DNA of 64,000 nt from Monocercomonoides exilis PA203 (Eukaryota; Protista; Preaxostyla): NCBI GenBank assembly GCA_001643675.2, contig LSRY02000008.1:682001-746000 (forward strand), in the 5' to 3' direction. The notes below the pieces were generated by a model. The model searched no databases and was not told the origin of the DNA. It saw nothing but the letters and a program-made list of their open reading frames with translations. A program made the position numbers and the translations under genes. Below are positions 37,665-50,570 of this stretch, piece by piece; position 1 is the first letter of the stretch; every line of letters starts with the position of its first letter.

Positions 37665-38896
37665 GACTCATTTGAAGAAAATGCAGTCAAAATGGACAGA
37701 TTCGAATTTCATAACAGACAACAGCAGCAAGAGAAGGATGATTTATTTTGTGTTGCAACATGAGAATTTTATGGTCAATAAGTTCTCAATGACGAAGAAG
37801 GTGCTCTTCATATTAGCCAAATTAAAAAAATCTCGTCAATGAAGAGATTGGAGGAGGAGAAGAAGAAACCATATAATCCGCAAAAATGCAACTTGAAATG
37901 GATTGTCACCAGGAATGACGCTCAACATAAAAAATGCTGTTAGCTGGAATGGAAAAAAGATATAAAATAAAATAATAATAATTAGTTTTGCTTAAATTAT
38001 AAAAATTTTTCTAAAGAACACACCTGCTCTTCCTATTGCAAATGCACAGGATTGTCCAATCGCCGATGCTTTCAATCTCCTTTTCCATTGTTTCACAGAG
38101 CTCCTTTCTCCGTCATCCTTTTTTCCCACATAAATATCCAACTTTTAATGTTGTATTCCAGTTTCTTTGTCAGAAAAAATATCTCCGAATTTTATTCTTT
38201 CCCAGTGCTGTAAAATTGTTGGCATTCTTCTTTTCATTCTCATCAAAATACTTTGAAATCGAATTTCTTTTCATCTCCTCTCCCAAATGAATACAAAAAA
38301 ATTGCAATTCACATCTGCTGATTGTATCTCTGCATCCAGCTCTCTTCTTATGATCTCCTCAGAAAATCAAAGGAATGGCCATTTATATAATTTGTCAGAT
38401 TCTTGCACTCTGAAAAGTTAACAAATAAAAATATCGTCTCAACGAACAAGAACAATAACAAACTAATACATCATAATTATCAAATGCTATTTTTGAAAAT
38501 GAATTTCCTTCAAAGATAATTTTCATAAAAATCATCTCGCCCAATTCCATCATCAATTCCCCGCCGTCGCTGTCTCGTGCCACCACACAAAATGATATTG
38601 CATATCCTACAGAAAATATTCGTTCGCTGGTCTCTCATCTTTCCAATGGTAAATTTCGATAATAAAACAAAATGATCATTGAATCCATAACAAATAAAGA
38701 AAATAGGATAAAGCATTGCTTTTCATTTCTTTTAAATTCTTGACCAGAATGTCAACAAAAGAAAAAACGGTATAAACACATATTTATATGACTCTTTTGA
38801 GTTTTTATTTTTCATCTATTTCTTCTTTTTTAACAAATGCAAATTCAATGTGAATGGCAAAACTGCGTTGTATTCTGAATGTAATATGCTTCAAAA

Positions 38897-40317
38897 ATGC
38901 AGACAACGAGTGCAACTGAAAGATTTAATGGTTTGTCCCCGTTGTTGTATTTGAATTGCTGGAGGTTACATTTTTTGCTTATTTTTTTAAAGAATTGTTT
39001 TCTGAAATGGAATGTTGCAATGCGGAAGAGCAAAAACATAAAATCGAAGAACTGAATGAAATGATGGATGAAACGGACAGAAATATACAAATACTAGTTT
39101 TCACAAAAGAGATGTTCAACAAAATTGACAAAATGATTGAAGAAAAGAACTTTTCTTTGGAAAATGCAATTTTGTTTTTGAAGAATGTTGGATATTGCAG
39201 TGCGATGAAACGCATTTATGGTCATGCATTTTGTGAATCTTTATTGAACGAAAGATTTAAGAAAATGATCATTGAACAAGAAGAGAAAAAAGAGGGAAAG
39301 AACGAAAGTCTTTTGGTTGATCTTTGCGAATGCTTCTCTTTGCTAAATTTCTACTTTATTTCAGACGAATTGATATCAATTTGTGTGCCTTGCCTTCTGA
39401 AAGCTGCCTCAAAGAAAAAGGAAAGCGAAGAAATGCAACATGAAGTGGAAATGGCTTTGATGGCTTTGAACTACATTGACGAATTATTTGTTTGAACATT
39501 TCTTTTTCATTTTTATTATATTTACTTTTTTTCCTTTCATATTTCTTATTAGTTTATCGAACGAGAACTGTATTTGAAGGAGATTACAGAAATCATCGAA
39601 CATCAACGGAAAAACAGAAATCTTACGCAACTGGCCTATCAGTCTACTTGGGACTTTTTGATTTACCGATATCGGGTTGACTATAGCTTGGAGGGAGAGA
39701 TTTTGAATGAGATGCATTTAGCGAGAGAGGCAACAAAAGAATTGGAAGAGCTGACAAGAAATGTGGATTGGAAGAAGAAAGAAGAGGAAATGAACAAAGA
39801 AGAAGCGAATGCAGTGCTGGTAATCTGTAGATGGATCCAAGCACTCTCTTTTTTCTTTGAGAACTGTCTTGTGTGGAATGAAGAATATATTGAGCTTTTC
39901 AGCAGCATTGTTCAGGTGTCTCGAGCAGCAAGAGATAATTACAGAGATATTGGTAACAAGTGCATTTCCTCCTTGAGAAATGCAGCAGAAAACTGTGATG
40001 TGAGAGTTGAAGACTTATTGAAAAGTGGTACTATAAGTGCTGTTTCGGAGGAGATGCAGCGACGAACAGTGGATGACAAAATTGCATTTGAAAGCTTGCA
40101 ATTCTTTTCGAATGTTTCATATCGATTGAAAGAAGAAGAGAGAGATGAAATGGAAGAAGCGAAAAGAAAGGCAACGAAAAGGAAGGTTTTTGAAAAGCTT
40201 GAAGAAGAAGGATTTGAAGTTATCGTCATTAGCATTCATGATATATTCAATAAACGAAACAGACAAATTTATACTCAATTAATTATGATTGTTTTGCTCC
40301 TTATTTTAAAGGCTTGA
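38897..40317 (+). CDS. Uncharacterised lineage-expanded alpha-helical protein (family B, copy 2; introns 38931-38992, 39490-39552)
   Basis: In-frame splicing via GTTTG..AG introns. The second intron is at the same position and phase as the intron in copy 1. Confidence 0.8.
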
Positions 40318-41723
40318 GGAAATGCTTCACATTTTTTGACACAAATTTTTTATTTTTATTTTTTTGCCATTTCACAAAAGAGAAAACAAGAGAGCATTTA
40401 AAAAAAAAAAGAATGTTTTTCAAAGCTTCGAAAAGAAATAAAGCAATTAAAAAAAGATAAAAAAGAAGAATTCCAAAATCATATAATGAAATGTCTTATT
40501 CAAGGTTCAACCTCAATTCACTTCGCAATCATTCAGATTATTCAAGCAATTGAATGAAGAAAAAACAGAGTTGATACACAAATTAATACTCTCTTTCGCT
40601 TCTTTCGCTTCTTTTTTCGTATTCGCATTTGGTGTCTTTGTTCATAAATCTTCTGTAACAATTACCTGTTTTCTAATCATTTCCATTTGGAGTGTCTGTC
40701 AATAACAGATGTTGGGAGATACATTCTGATATCAAAGCCCTCAAAAAGTGGAGGAGGGAAAAGGGGGATTCTTGATTTCTTTTGTCTGTTGTTGAAGAAT
40801 GAATTGAAAAAAACACTCGGAGAATTCAATTCAGTTAAGATATGAAAGCAGGTTGACAAATTATCTCACTGGAAAGAAGGAGACGTAGAAATAAAAGAAG
40901 ATGATGAAGGTGAAGAGGAGAAGGAAGTACTGTTTTGTGGGAAATTTCGTACCTCAATTACATATGGAAGTGCGAAATGTGGAATAACTGCTGAAGTTGC
41001 TGTTGTTTGAGGAGAAAGAGAAGGAAGAGGAAGAAGAATCACAATTCTTGTTGTGTTTGTTTGATGATTGGGAGATGAACTTTCCAAATTAGCACACAAA
41101 TTGTGGATGCTGTGTGTTTGTGAAGTGGAATGCTTGGAAGGCACAGGTTGTGGAATTGATTCAGAACGAGGAAGAGGAGGATAATAAGAATTAGAATTGG
41201 AGGAAGGAAATAAAGTGGAAGAAGATGAAGAGAAAGAAAAAGAAGGTGAAGAAGGAAAAGATGATGAAAAGTCGGATGAAAAAAATATTCTTGAATAACA
41301 TTCAATTGTCAATCATTCATTGAATTCACAATCTTCTTCTTCTTCTCTCATAAAAACCTCCAAATCCGAAAAACAAGAACAAAAAAAGATTTTATTTCTC
41401 CCTTGCCATTTTCCAACTGCAATAAGAATCTTATCTTTCTTTCGAGAATGGACATGTTTTCATCTCGTTTCATCAATCCGAATGCTTCAAAATCATCACA
41501 TTCATCTTCTTCTTCCTCTTTTTCCTCTTTTTCCTCATCTCCTACCCTTCCTCCTCCACCTCCACTTTCATTTTCTTCTTCTTCTTCTCTTTCTTCATCT
41601 TAACTTTCGGTTAATGAACAAGATACGACCGGTCACAAAATTGTCATATATCACAGCTCTAATGATTCCACATTGTATACATAAGTCTTTTTCTGCCTAT
41701 TGTGTTCGGAAACTGTAAAAATA

Positions 41724-42102
41724 CAGATATCGCATAAAATACCGGACATCGCACAAAATACCGGACAAGATCGATTTCCCAATAACTGCAAGAGGAACAA
41801 TTCTGATAATTTTCCTCAAAACACATCTCGTCAATACAAACTCATTTGAAAAACAAGACTTTCAAAATAGCTTCATTCATGCTCAGAAAAAATTAATGAT
41901 TGATATCCCGGAAAAATATTACTTTGAGTTTCTCCTGAATATCAATCATTAATTTTTTCTGAGCACGAATGAAGCTATTTTGAAAGTCTTGTTTTTCAAA
42001 TGAGTTTGTATTGACGAGATGTGTTTTGAGGAAAATTATCAAAATTATTCCTCCTGCAGTTATCGTGAAATCGATCTTGTCCGGTATTTTGTTCGATATC
42101 TA
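41724..42102. mobile_element. Near-perfect 379-bp palindromic foldback MITE with TA flanks
   Basis: The arms of ~170 bp are near-exact reverse complements around a short loop at ~41915-41930. Homologous to 21750-22553. Confidence 0.88.
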
Positions 42103-42630
42103 TAAGTTATTTTCAATTATCTTGAAAATTCTAAATCCAGTTCAATTTTCAACGAAATAAATGAGTTTTTTTAGTGTTTTTATTTGTTCGCTTTTTTTAT
42201 CACAGTATAAATGGTGGGGTTTTATCCAAAATCAACTTGTTAGGGTTTAATTCTGTTGCATAAATTGCTCAATTTTATTAAATGTAAAATTTATTTAACA
42301 TTGATCAAAAAATGCTTTTTTCAAATTGGTGTCAAGTTAAATTGAATATGTTCAAAGCATATTTGAGTGCATTCCAGTCGAATTTAAAATATTAATCTGT
42401 TTATTTAGTTTATTGTTGAATATAATTGAAGTTAAAAATTTTTGATAAATACCAATTTAGAGAAAAATAATTTGATTCATTTTGAAAAAGAAAATAGATA
42501 TTCAATTTCTTCTCTTCATATTTGAGAGACCATAGCTAATTTGGAGCTTAACTTCTACAACACATTTGAGTTTCTGATGTTCCTGCGCATTCTGATCTCT
42601 CATGTCTTCGCAACTGGGCTCTTGTTCTTA

Positions 42631-43700
42631 TTATGAATGTGTCTGATTCCTAGTCCTTCTGCTTGATTTTGAAGCAGTTCTAGTCTGCATCTTGCTTGAT
42701 TTTTCTTGAAAAGTTGAACTGTTTTTACCTTTTCGTCTTTCACAGCGGATCTTTGTGATTCTTCCAACTTCAGTCTCTATTCTTTCCATTGCTTCGCCTT
42801 CCGACTCGGTCTCTGAACGAATTTGTTTGGTAACTTCTGCATTCGTATTTTCTAATTCTCCATTTTCTGAGCGGCTTCTTTCTCTTTCCATAGTTGTCTC
42901 ATCCATTGCTGCAACAATAACGTATGCCATTGATTTGGATAATCGACTCTTGTTGTAATGTTTGATTAACACATTTGTTCTTGGTGATTGTTATGCAAAC
43001 TTTGCAATCTGGACTTGTGGAAAATCGGCCATTGTCAATGCAGATATAATTGCTGATTTTAGAAAGAAATGTGTGAATGTTTTTGAAATGCTCACTCCTT
43101 CCATTGCATCCTTCGCCAGCCTTCTGATTCCAGAAACAGTTAGGGGCTCAAAGGTTTCTGTGTAGAGCTGCAAATGAGAATAAACTTTGTTCCTTTGAAG
43201 AACAATTTCCTATAACGTTCTGATTGCTGAAGCTGGGCAAATGAAAGGTACTTTTGACAGAAAGGGAACTGCGATCTCTGTTCTGGTGATTGATGTTTTT
43301 AAGGAGGTATCCAAATTTACACCATCCTCTGTAATTCCAAACTGGGACATGTCCACCCTTTCCAATTCAGTAAACCTGCAGTCGGAAAAAAGCATTGTCA
43401 GAGTTATAACCTTCTGTATAAGTGCTTTGGAAGAAAGATTGATATTGTGTCCCAGTTCATTATCGTGTTTTAGCTGTATTTTTAAATTTCATATCTCTGT
43501 CGCTGTCTTCTTTCTAACAATGTCTGTTTTCTTGAAAGAATGAAATAGTGTTCTGATAATTGATATCTCTTCCAAGGCTGTGTTGAATGTGAGCGATGAA
43601 AAAAAGGAAACCGCTGCTTTGATCATCTGAAGCACAGACACTTTAACCCCTTTATTCTTTAAGGATTAAAACACGTCTGCACATTTTGCAGTCCACTCTG
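42631..43700 (-). pseudogene. Tyrosine recombinase of the DIRS element (disrupted)
   Basis: LFSDCRFTEL (Box I Arg), ICPASAIR, THFFLKSAIISAL..IAKFA*QSPRTNVLIKHY (Box II, catalytic Tyr), with stops and frameshifts. Confidence 0.75.
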
Positions 43701-43880
43701 GTAGGCTGTCTGGTATTACTGAGTGTCCGCATAATTTCCATTGTTCAGCAAAACGTGCAAATCCAAAAAGGTATCCATTCCATGTGGATTGTGCAACGCC
43801 TTGTCTGCATTGCTCACCAAACTCCTCTGAAATCTTTCGTTCCTGCACGACTTGTTTCCACAACTGTTGATTTTTTCTTT

Positions 43881-44807
43881 TCAGGGATTCAGAAGAATTA
43901 GCCTGTGCTTCCCTGGAGGAAGACATGCTCCTGTCTTCTTCATTGATGGACCTTCCATCAGTTCCTGGAAATTGTTATTCAGCTCCCAACAACAGAAGTT
44001 GCTGTAGAGCAAAAGAACTTCCCAGTTCTGGACTTTCCAGTTCGGCAGGAGTAGAACAATTCGAGCTCTCTCCTGCTGCACTTTCCGAATCACAATCGGA
44101 ATTAGCGGTATCGGAGGATGAGAAAGAACACATTCCTGACTCCAAGAAACTGACAGCCCGTCTTCGGCTATGGGGCTTCATATACCGCACCATCTTTCCA
44201 GCTTGTGATTGTGATGAGCCGCAAACGCATCGAGAGTCGGTTTGACTTTGATGAGCGACATAACTTTTTTGAAGGTTTCTTCTTTTTTGGTGTAGTCTCT
44301 CGCTCTTTCGAGTCGAGATAATTCATCTGCTCTGTTGTTCCGTGTCCCTGGAAGATATTGTGCTTTCATCTGCACCTTCGTTGCTTCTGTCCACTTCCAT
44401 ATCTTTCGTAGAACTGGCCTGAGATTCTTCCCCGCATTCCACCGATTGATGTTGAAGACAACAGAGCTGTTGTCCGACCTCAATAGAAGTTGAGATATTT
44501 TGTTGGTTCTGATTATTTGTGAGAAATTGTGGAGTGCCAATAGCACAGCCAACTGTTCCCTGTAAATTGAAGATTTGCTGAGTGCATATTTGTGGAACTT
44601 TGCATTCCAGTCCAGAATTCCGTTGTTGATTCGAAGTATCGCTCCCATAGCTAGCTCCGATACATCCGTTGTGAGTGTCGCTTGGGGAGAAAATACTGTT
44701 TGTAATTGTCGAGGCTTGTTCAGGTTCAGAATCCATTTCCATTCCAGTAACTTTTTCAGAACAGAAGCATTAATCTTCATCATCCCGCTCCATTCTGATG
44801 TCCTCAC
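43881..44807 (-). pseudogene. RNase H plus N6-adenine methyltransferase domains of the DIRS pol (disrupted)
   Basis: RNase H: TTDVS, REQLAV, RSDNSSV, YLPGTRNNRADELSR. MT: PTLDAFAAHHNHKL, DGLSVSW..SHPPIPLI..LLLPNW, with one premature TGA. Confidence 0.82.
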
Positions 44808-44927
44808 ATTCTTCTAAAGCAGACGATGTAAAGCCACCATCCGGAGTGACGCGTCTTGTCTGATAAAGCGAACTGCATTTATCTTACCAACTAGTGAAGC
44901 GAAATCTTTTATACGAACTTGTTTGGC

Positions 44928-45756
44928 TTAAGTGCACTTTCTCTCCCAAACACTGAGGAGCGCTTCAAGAGAAGAAGCTCTGTCTTCTCCCAATCTTACT
45001 GTGAATTCGTTTGTGTCCCAGTCGAAGCCCAAATATGTGAATCTCATCGTTAGTTCCAACTGGCATTTGTCCTTGTGAACCATGAACCCCAAACTTTCCA
45101 AGGACAACATCACTTGGCTTTTGATTATTTCTAAAATCCGCTTTGTCCTGGTGGAGTATTATCATATCGTCGAGATATGCAATCACTCTCACGTTCCATT
45201 TTTCCTTTATGGCTCTTGTTTCCTTCCTCATAATCTTTGTGAAGATCCTTGGTGCATCCATAAATCCAAATGGCATTCCTTCGAATGAATAATCTGTTCC
45301 TTCGAAACTGAAACTGAGATACAGTTTTAAATCTGGTGAGACGGGGATGAGGTAATATGCTTGAGCCAGATCCAACATTATTGCATAATCGTCTTTCTGA
45401 ATGAGGTATTCCACAGTTCTCTCGCTCTCGTATATGAAGTGCAATCTCTTCATTGTTGCATTTAGTGGACGACAATCAAGAATCTGACACCAGGTCCCCG
45501 ACTTCTTTTTGACTAAAAACACATTGTTTCTGAATTTGACCTGATTCACAGAACTTATGCTGATTATGCCTGAACCCAGTTGCTCCTTTTGCACACTTCT
45601 GAAAACACTCCGCTGTTCCTCGCTCATTCGCTTTGCTCCATCTTCCCAAGCTCTTTCTTCCAATCTTTCTTTTGCGCTTTTGTCCTTCCAGCAAGCAAAT
45701 GCTCCAAGTCTGATTAATCTTCCTCCCTTTATCTTGTCCCATTCCTGCAAATACAT
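44928..45756 (-). pseudogene. Reverse transcriptase of the DIRS element (frameshifted)
   Basis: VFLVKKKSG..ILDCRPLN..LDLAQAYY..GMPFGFMDAPRIFTK..AYLDD, followed in another frame by LGFMV..KCQL..YLGFDWDT. Confidence 0.9.
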
Positions 45757-46037
45757 TGCAGTTCAGCCTCCAATTATTTTTTGCGTGCTCCTTAATATTT
45801 CTTTCCTCCCTCGGAACGCACTGAAACTCACCTGCTCCAAGCTTCCGCTGACCTTCCATGGGAGTTTCAAAAAGGGGGTTGACTTCGAGGCGTCCAGGGC
45901 CAACTTCGAAAAAACTGCCTTCTGCAATGGCCCTTTGCCTGCGTTGTTCTGAATGATGATCTTCCGACGTTATCCGTTCTCTTGCAATTTATTACTTCCG
46001 TGGCTTTTTGAATTTGCTTCTGTTCAATACGAACCTC

Positions 46038-46475
46038 CTAGAAAATGTCTTGCTGCCTCTTTGTTAATAAGCTTCCCGTTGCATCTGCCTCCATCTTTCT
46101 CGCTGCTGAAAACCCATATCTGCCTTGTATCCGAGCTCTTCTGGCTTCTTGAATTGTCTGATTCATTAGTAACAACGCATCTTTTGTCATCTCACGAGAT
46201 AAATCTGGTTTCATCATTATGTTCTGAATGGATAATAACATTGCTTTGTAAGCTGGAAATAAATTTCTTTCGACCTGCTCGCCTGCCTTGTCCAATGCGT
46301 CGTGATAAAAGAATTGTGACCTAACTGCTGCTGGTGAGCTCTTGCTAATTACAGGATTAAAATCAAGCTTATTGTAAAATGTTGCAACATCTTCCAATTC
46401 AGATCTTGATAGCTTTAAATCAAAGAGGGAAACTGTTGGATCTGATTTGCATATTGCTGTTAAAATATCATCCAT
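46038..46475 (-). pseudogene. gag-like ORF remnant of the DIRS element
   Basis: Helical ORF immediately upstream of RT and inside the ITRs. Confidence 0.55.
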
Positions 46476-47499
46476 CGTTTCTATTTGTTCTTTAGCACCT
46501 TCTCTGTCATTTTCCTCTGGAATTCTTCCTTGCGGCTCTGATCAACATTTTGCGGAGGCAGCGTGAAGATAGAAGGAGCAATTGGTGTCGGCGCTATATC
46601 ATTGCTTGCTGAAATTGTTGGCCCACTTCCAAGCGTTGCTTGTTCAGTTGAAAGCGCAATTCCGGAAGCTATTGGAGGTTAGGAGGCGCAATGCATTTTG
46701 ATCGAGAAAGAAACATGCCCCATCAAAGTGACTTCTCTCAAATTTGAAGAGAAGAAATTGAATTGATAATTTTCTCGAAGATTAAAATGCTCTGCATTTT
46801 AATTAAAATAAAAATTTCAGCACAAAAGAAAGACATAATAACTTAACGAAACAGTTAACAATAACGTTATAATCATCCTCACAAATTTTTATTAACTGTC
46901 GTATATAGTGCAATAACCCTTTCATATGTTATTTTGGAAAATGAATTTCCTTCAATTATGCGTTTCATATGAAACATCTCCACCAATTTTATCATCATTT
47001 CCCCGTCGTTGCTGTTTCATTCCAACGCACAAAATAATATCGCCTATCCTGCAGAAAATATACGTTTGCCGATCTATCATCTTTCCAATGCTTAATTTCG
47101 TTCAAAGAAAAAAACTCGATCAGATCATCCATAACAATAAACTTGAAAAGTTAAATCATTGTTTTATTCTGTGAAATATCTTGCCAAAAATGTCATTATT
47201 CAGTTTGATGACGTGAATGCATATATTTTCATGACTATTTTGTGTTTTCTATTTTTTGTTGTTTCCGCCTTTGAAGGATGTTCTTGTTGAATGCGAATGA
47301 GAAATTGGGGATGGCTTCTGTGTTTCTGTGGATTTGCAAAAATGCAGGAGAAGGGCGAATTGAAAGCACTCATCGGTTTGGAAACATCGATTCCCCCGAA
47401 TTCGAAATGATTGTGATGATTTCTCTCTGTCTCTCTTTGCTTGTTTTTTTGATGAATTGATAAATGAGCTGGCACACGGAAGAGAAAGGACAGAAACAG

Positions 47500-48150
47500 A
47501 AAATGGAAGAAGAAGAACAATTTATGTCTGCTCCGATGCCTGAAATGCTTGACAAAACGAAAATGAATAATAACGAATGAAGAAAAGAAAAACAACAATG
47601 GAAAATTTAATGCAGCAGTTGAAGCATTTGAGTTATTGCAAAGAACTGAATGGAACAAGGATTGGTCGTTTTGTTAATCCTTTACCGAGTTGAAAAATTG
47701 GATCGATGATTGTTGATGAAGAAGAGAATGATGAAAAATCACTGATTGTCCTTTTCGAATGATGTTTTTCATTGAATGATTGCCTTTGCAATTTGTTGAA
47801 AAATAGCTTGAATAAACGTCAAAAAGCGGAAAGGACTGTTTTGAGGTTGTGTGACGCTGATAAATAGAATGTACTATTTCACTTGTTTCATAATTGATGA
47901 TTGCAATATTTTTTTTTATTTTTTTGTGTTGATTAATTAGGTTTCTTCAAAATGATGGCATTGAACGAGACGTCATCAGAAGCGCCTCGGCCACACTGAG
48001 CTTGGCATTGTTTGCTTAATTGAGGATATTTTTTGTGAACAGATGATTCAATGAAAAATATTTGGAAGAGACCGTTGCAGAGCGGCTGTGCTTGGTGAGA
48101 GAGGCGACCAGAGAATCGGAAAAGAAAGGGAATGGAAATGGCTTTGGAAT
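47500..48150 (+). pseudogene. Decayed third copy of helical family B
   Basis: Remnants LKHLSYCKEL, MIVDEEENDEKSLI and YLEETVAERLCLVREATRE with stops, preceded by the family's upstream module. Confidence 0.6.
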
Positions 48151-49199
48151 AGGATTGTTGGAGGAAGAAAACAAAATGAGAAGAAGAGAGAGTTGAAAAG
48201 ATTGAAGTTAGAAACAGAGGAAGGATATGAAGAAGAAGGAAGGATGTGAAGAAGAAGAAGAATGGAAAGAATGATCGCATCTGCAATGAGGGGTGATGAG
48301 CCGTAGAAAATGAAAGTGAAAGAGAAGCCTCCTCAGAGGAATGAAGAGAGGCAGAAACTGGAGTCAGGACTGTGAGAGATAATGATTGCAGCAGAGATGC
48401 AACCACAGAAATTCATGCACTCATAAACGAATATGTGGAAGAACCGAAAAAGCGAAGGAGATAAAGATGAAAAAATAGAAGACAAAAGAAGAAGGAAAAA
48501 AAACATGGCGAAGAGAAAGAGGCGTTTGAAGGAGAAAAGAAGGAAATGGTTGGATCAGTTGTGCAGACGATAATTTTCCATATTTCTTGTTTATTAATTC
48601 GTTGGCCAGATTGAGCACCAAAGTCAACAACAGAACAGACACGAATAAAAGATGGAGCGTATCTGCCAACATTTCTCCCACAAAAGTGAACAAGCAGCAT
48701 CAAATGCTCTGAAAGGATTGTCCAGATTGAGCATATCACATCCTCCTTTGTTATTCACATCTTCATTCCCATCACCAGCTCTGGCATCTTTCACCTCAAA
48801 TACTGATGAGGGCAGAAGGATTTCGTCCTCCTCCTCATGATCACTCATGGATGGCATGGCTGTTGATGAAGAGATGGATGAATACATCGCATGCTCAGAG
48901 AATTATGAAGTGTGAGAATATTGATAAGTCATTGAAGATTATTCTTTGTCTTCGTGAAATGAATGGAAGATATTATTTCCCACCACAAATGGGAATTGAA
49001 CAGCTGTTTTCTTCTCATTCATCTCGTTTCTTCCACCCAACAACAAAAACAGCGAACCCCTCAAATCCACATTCAAGTGATTGGTAAAATCAGATTCAAC
49101 ACGAATGAAGTGGTTGGATATAAATTCTCCTGCATGGCAAATGAAGATTCTGTTTCTGTTGTTGAAGTGAATGGAAAAGAAAATCTTTTCCAATTCTCA

Positions 49200-50570
49200 T
49201 CAAAAGATTCATGTCTGAACATTTGGCTAAAAATGCATCCAGCTGAACATTGTTCAGCAGAAAAGATGTTCAGATGATTGTGATTGATCCATTTATTTTT
49301 CTCCTTTCTTCAATGGCATTTCCATAGTTTCCATCTCAAACAGTTCACGAGTCTTCTTCATGGAATCATTCACGCTCTCTCCTCGAGGTTTTCTTCTCTT
49401 CATCTGTTTGCCTTCTTCCACAATTCGAAAGAGAAAAAATTCGATTCGAACTCTGATTTTTGTCATTCAGATATGTTTGAAGAGGATTTCTCACACTTCA
49501 ATAAATGAGTTTTCAACAACACCAATGGAGTCTATTTCACAAAAGGATTTCCTTTTTTAATAATCAATTTTATTCTTTCCACACATGTTGTTGTGTAATG
49601 TGATTTGTTAATGCGATATAAAAATGTATATTTTTTCGAAGCTTTTTTTTATAAATCATTAATGTGACGCTGACAGATATTTGTTGTGTCTTTCTCAAAA
49701 TCTTCACTTTGTGTGAAATCAAATGAAGCATCTGAACGTCAAAGTTCATGTTGTCTTTGTGAATATTCTGTGTGCTTTTTTCAAGACAGCAACGAAACAC
49801 TCTCAATTCCCAAAAATGAACAAATATGACTCAATAATTAACTGAATTGCAACTGTTGAATCTGATCAAAATGGCTGCAACAAAATCGTCAAAGCACAAC
49901 AACTAAGAATAACAGTTCTCTCAACTCCAAATCACAGAAATGCTCATTTCATTTTCAAAATGCCAAAGTGAATTTTCGGTCACATTGACAAATTGGAAAA
50001 AAGAAAAAATAAAAAGAAGAAGAAAAGAAAAGAAAAAAAGAAAATAAGATGATTTACATTGAGCTTGTCATTCATTATTTACAAAATCAAATAAAAATTG
50101 AAAAGATATATTTTGAAAAATAAGCAAAAATAAAAATTTTGAAGTGAACAGCTTCAATTGTTCTGCTGAAATGAAAAAACAATCGAAAGCAAATCGAAAG
50201 GACATCAAAATGAGATATCTTTGAAGCACGTCCAACCATCTGCCAATAGAACAAAACCAACTTCAAAGAAAGAGAGAAGAAAGAAAGAAAAGTCATGAAT
50301 TAAGAAATGTTGCTAAACAGCCTTAATTTGCACACATGCAAATCAGTCGGTTCGTTTGTTTAATGCTTCAGAAATAATATCTTCAATGCAAATGATTCAA
50401 TCACTCTTGCGGTATTATCAGCCTTCTTCCATTTCTGGTGCATCTAATTCAACTCTCGCCCTCTCGCCTTCGTCTTCAGCTGAAATGCATTGTTTCATTC
50501 GTGATGGCAATGGATCTCACTTCAACAAATAAATCTGCATTATTCCCTTCCCGATTCTATCTTCAACTTC
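49200..50570 (-). repeat. Arm 2 of the inverted segmental duplication (pairs with 33030-34200)
   Basis: Reverse-complement similarity. This arm has ~190 bp extra (about 49295-49487). Confidence 0.85.

Larger units (their letters stand above)
42500..46763 (-). mobile_element. Degenerate DIRS-type tyrosine-recombinase retrotransposon (gag-RT-RNaseH-MT-YR) with 30-bp inverted terminal repeats
   Basis: Domain order and motifs as listed in the next features. ITR ATTCAATTTCTTCTCTTCA[T/A]ATTTGAGAGA at 42500-42529 and 46734-46763 (29/30 identical). Confidence 0.88.

Noticed and set aside
44928-45756. Diversity-generating retroelement (RT near variable repeat genes)
   Set aside because: The RT is embedded in a DIRS element with RNase H, MT and YR and is disrupted. 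Repeat variation is not adenine-specific and no TR/VR pair is present.
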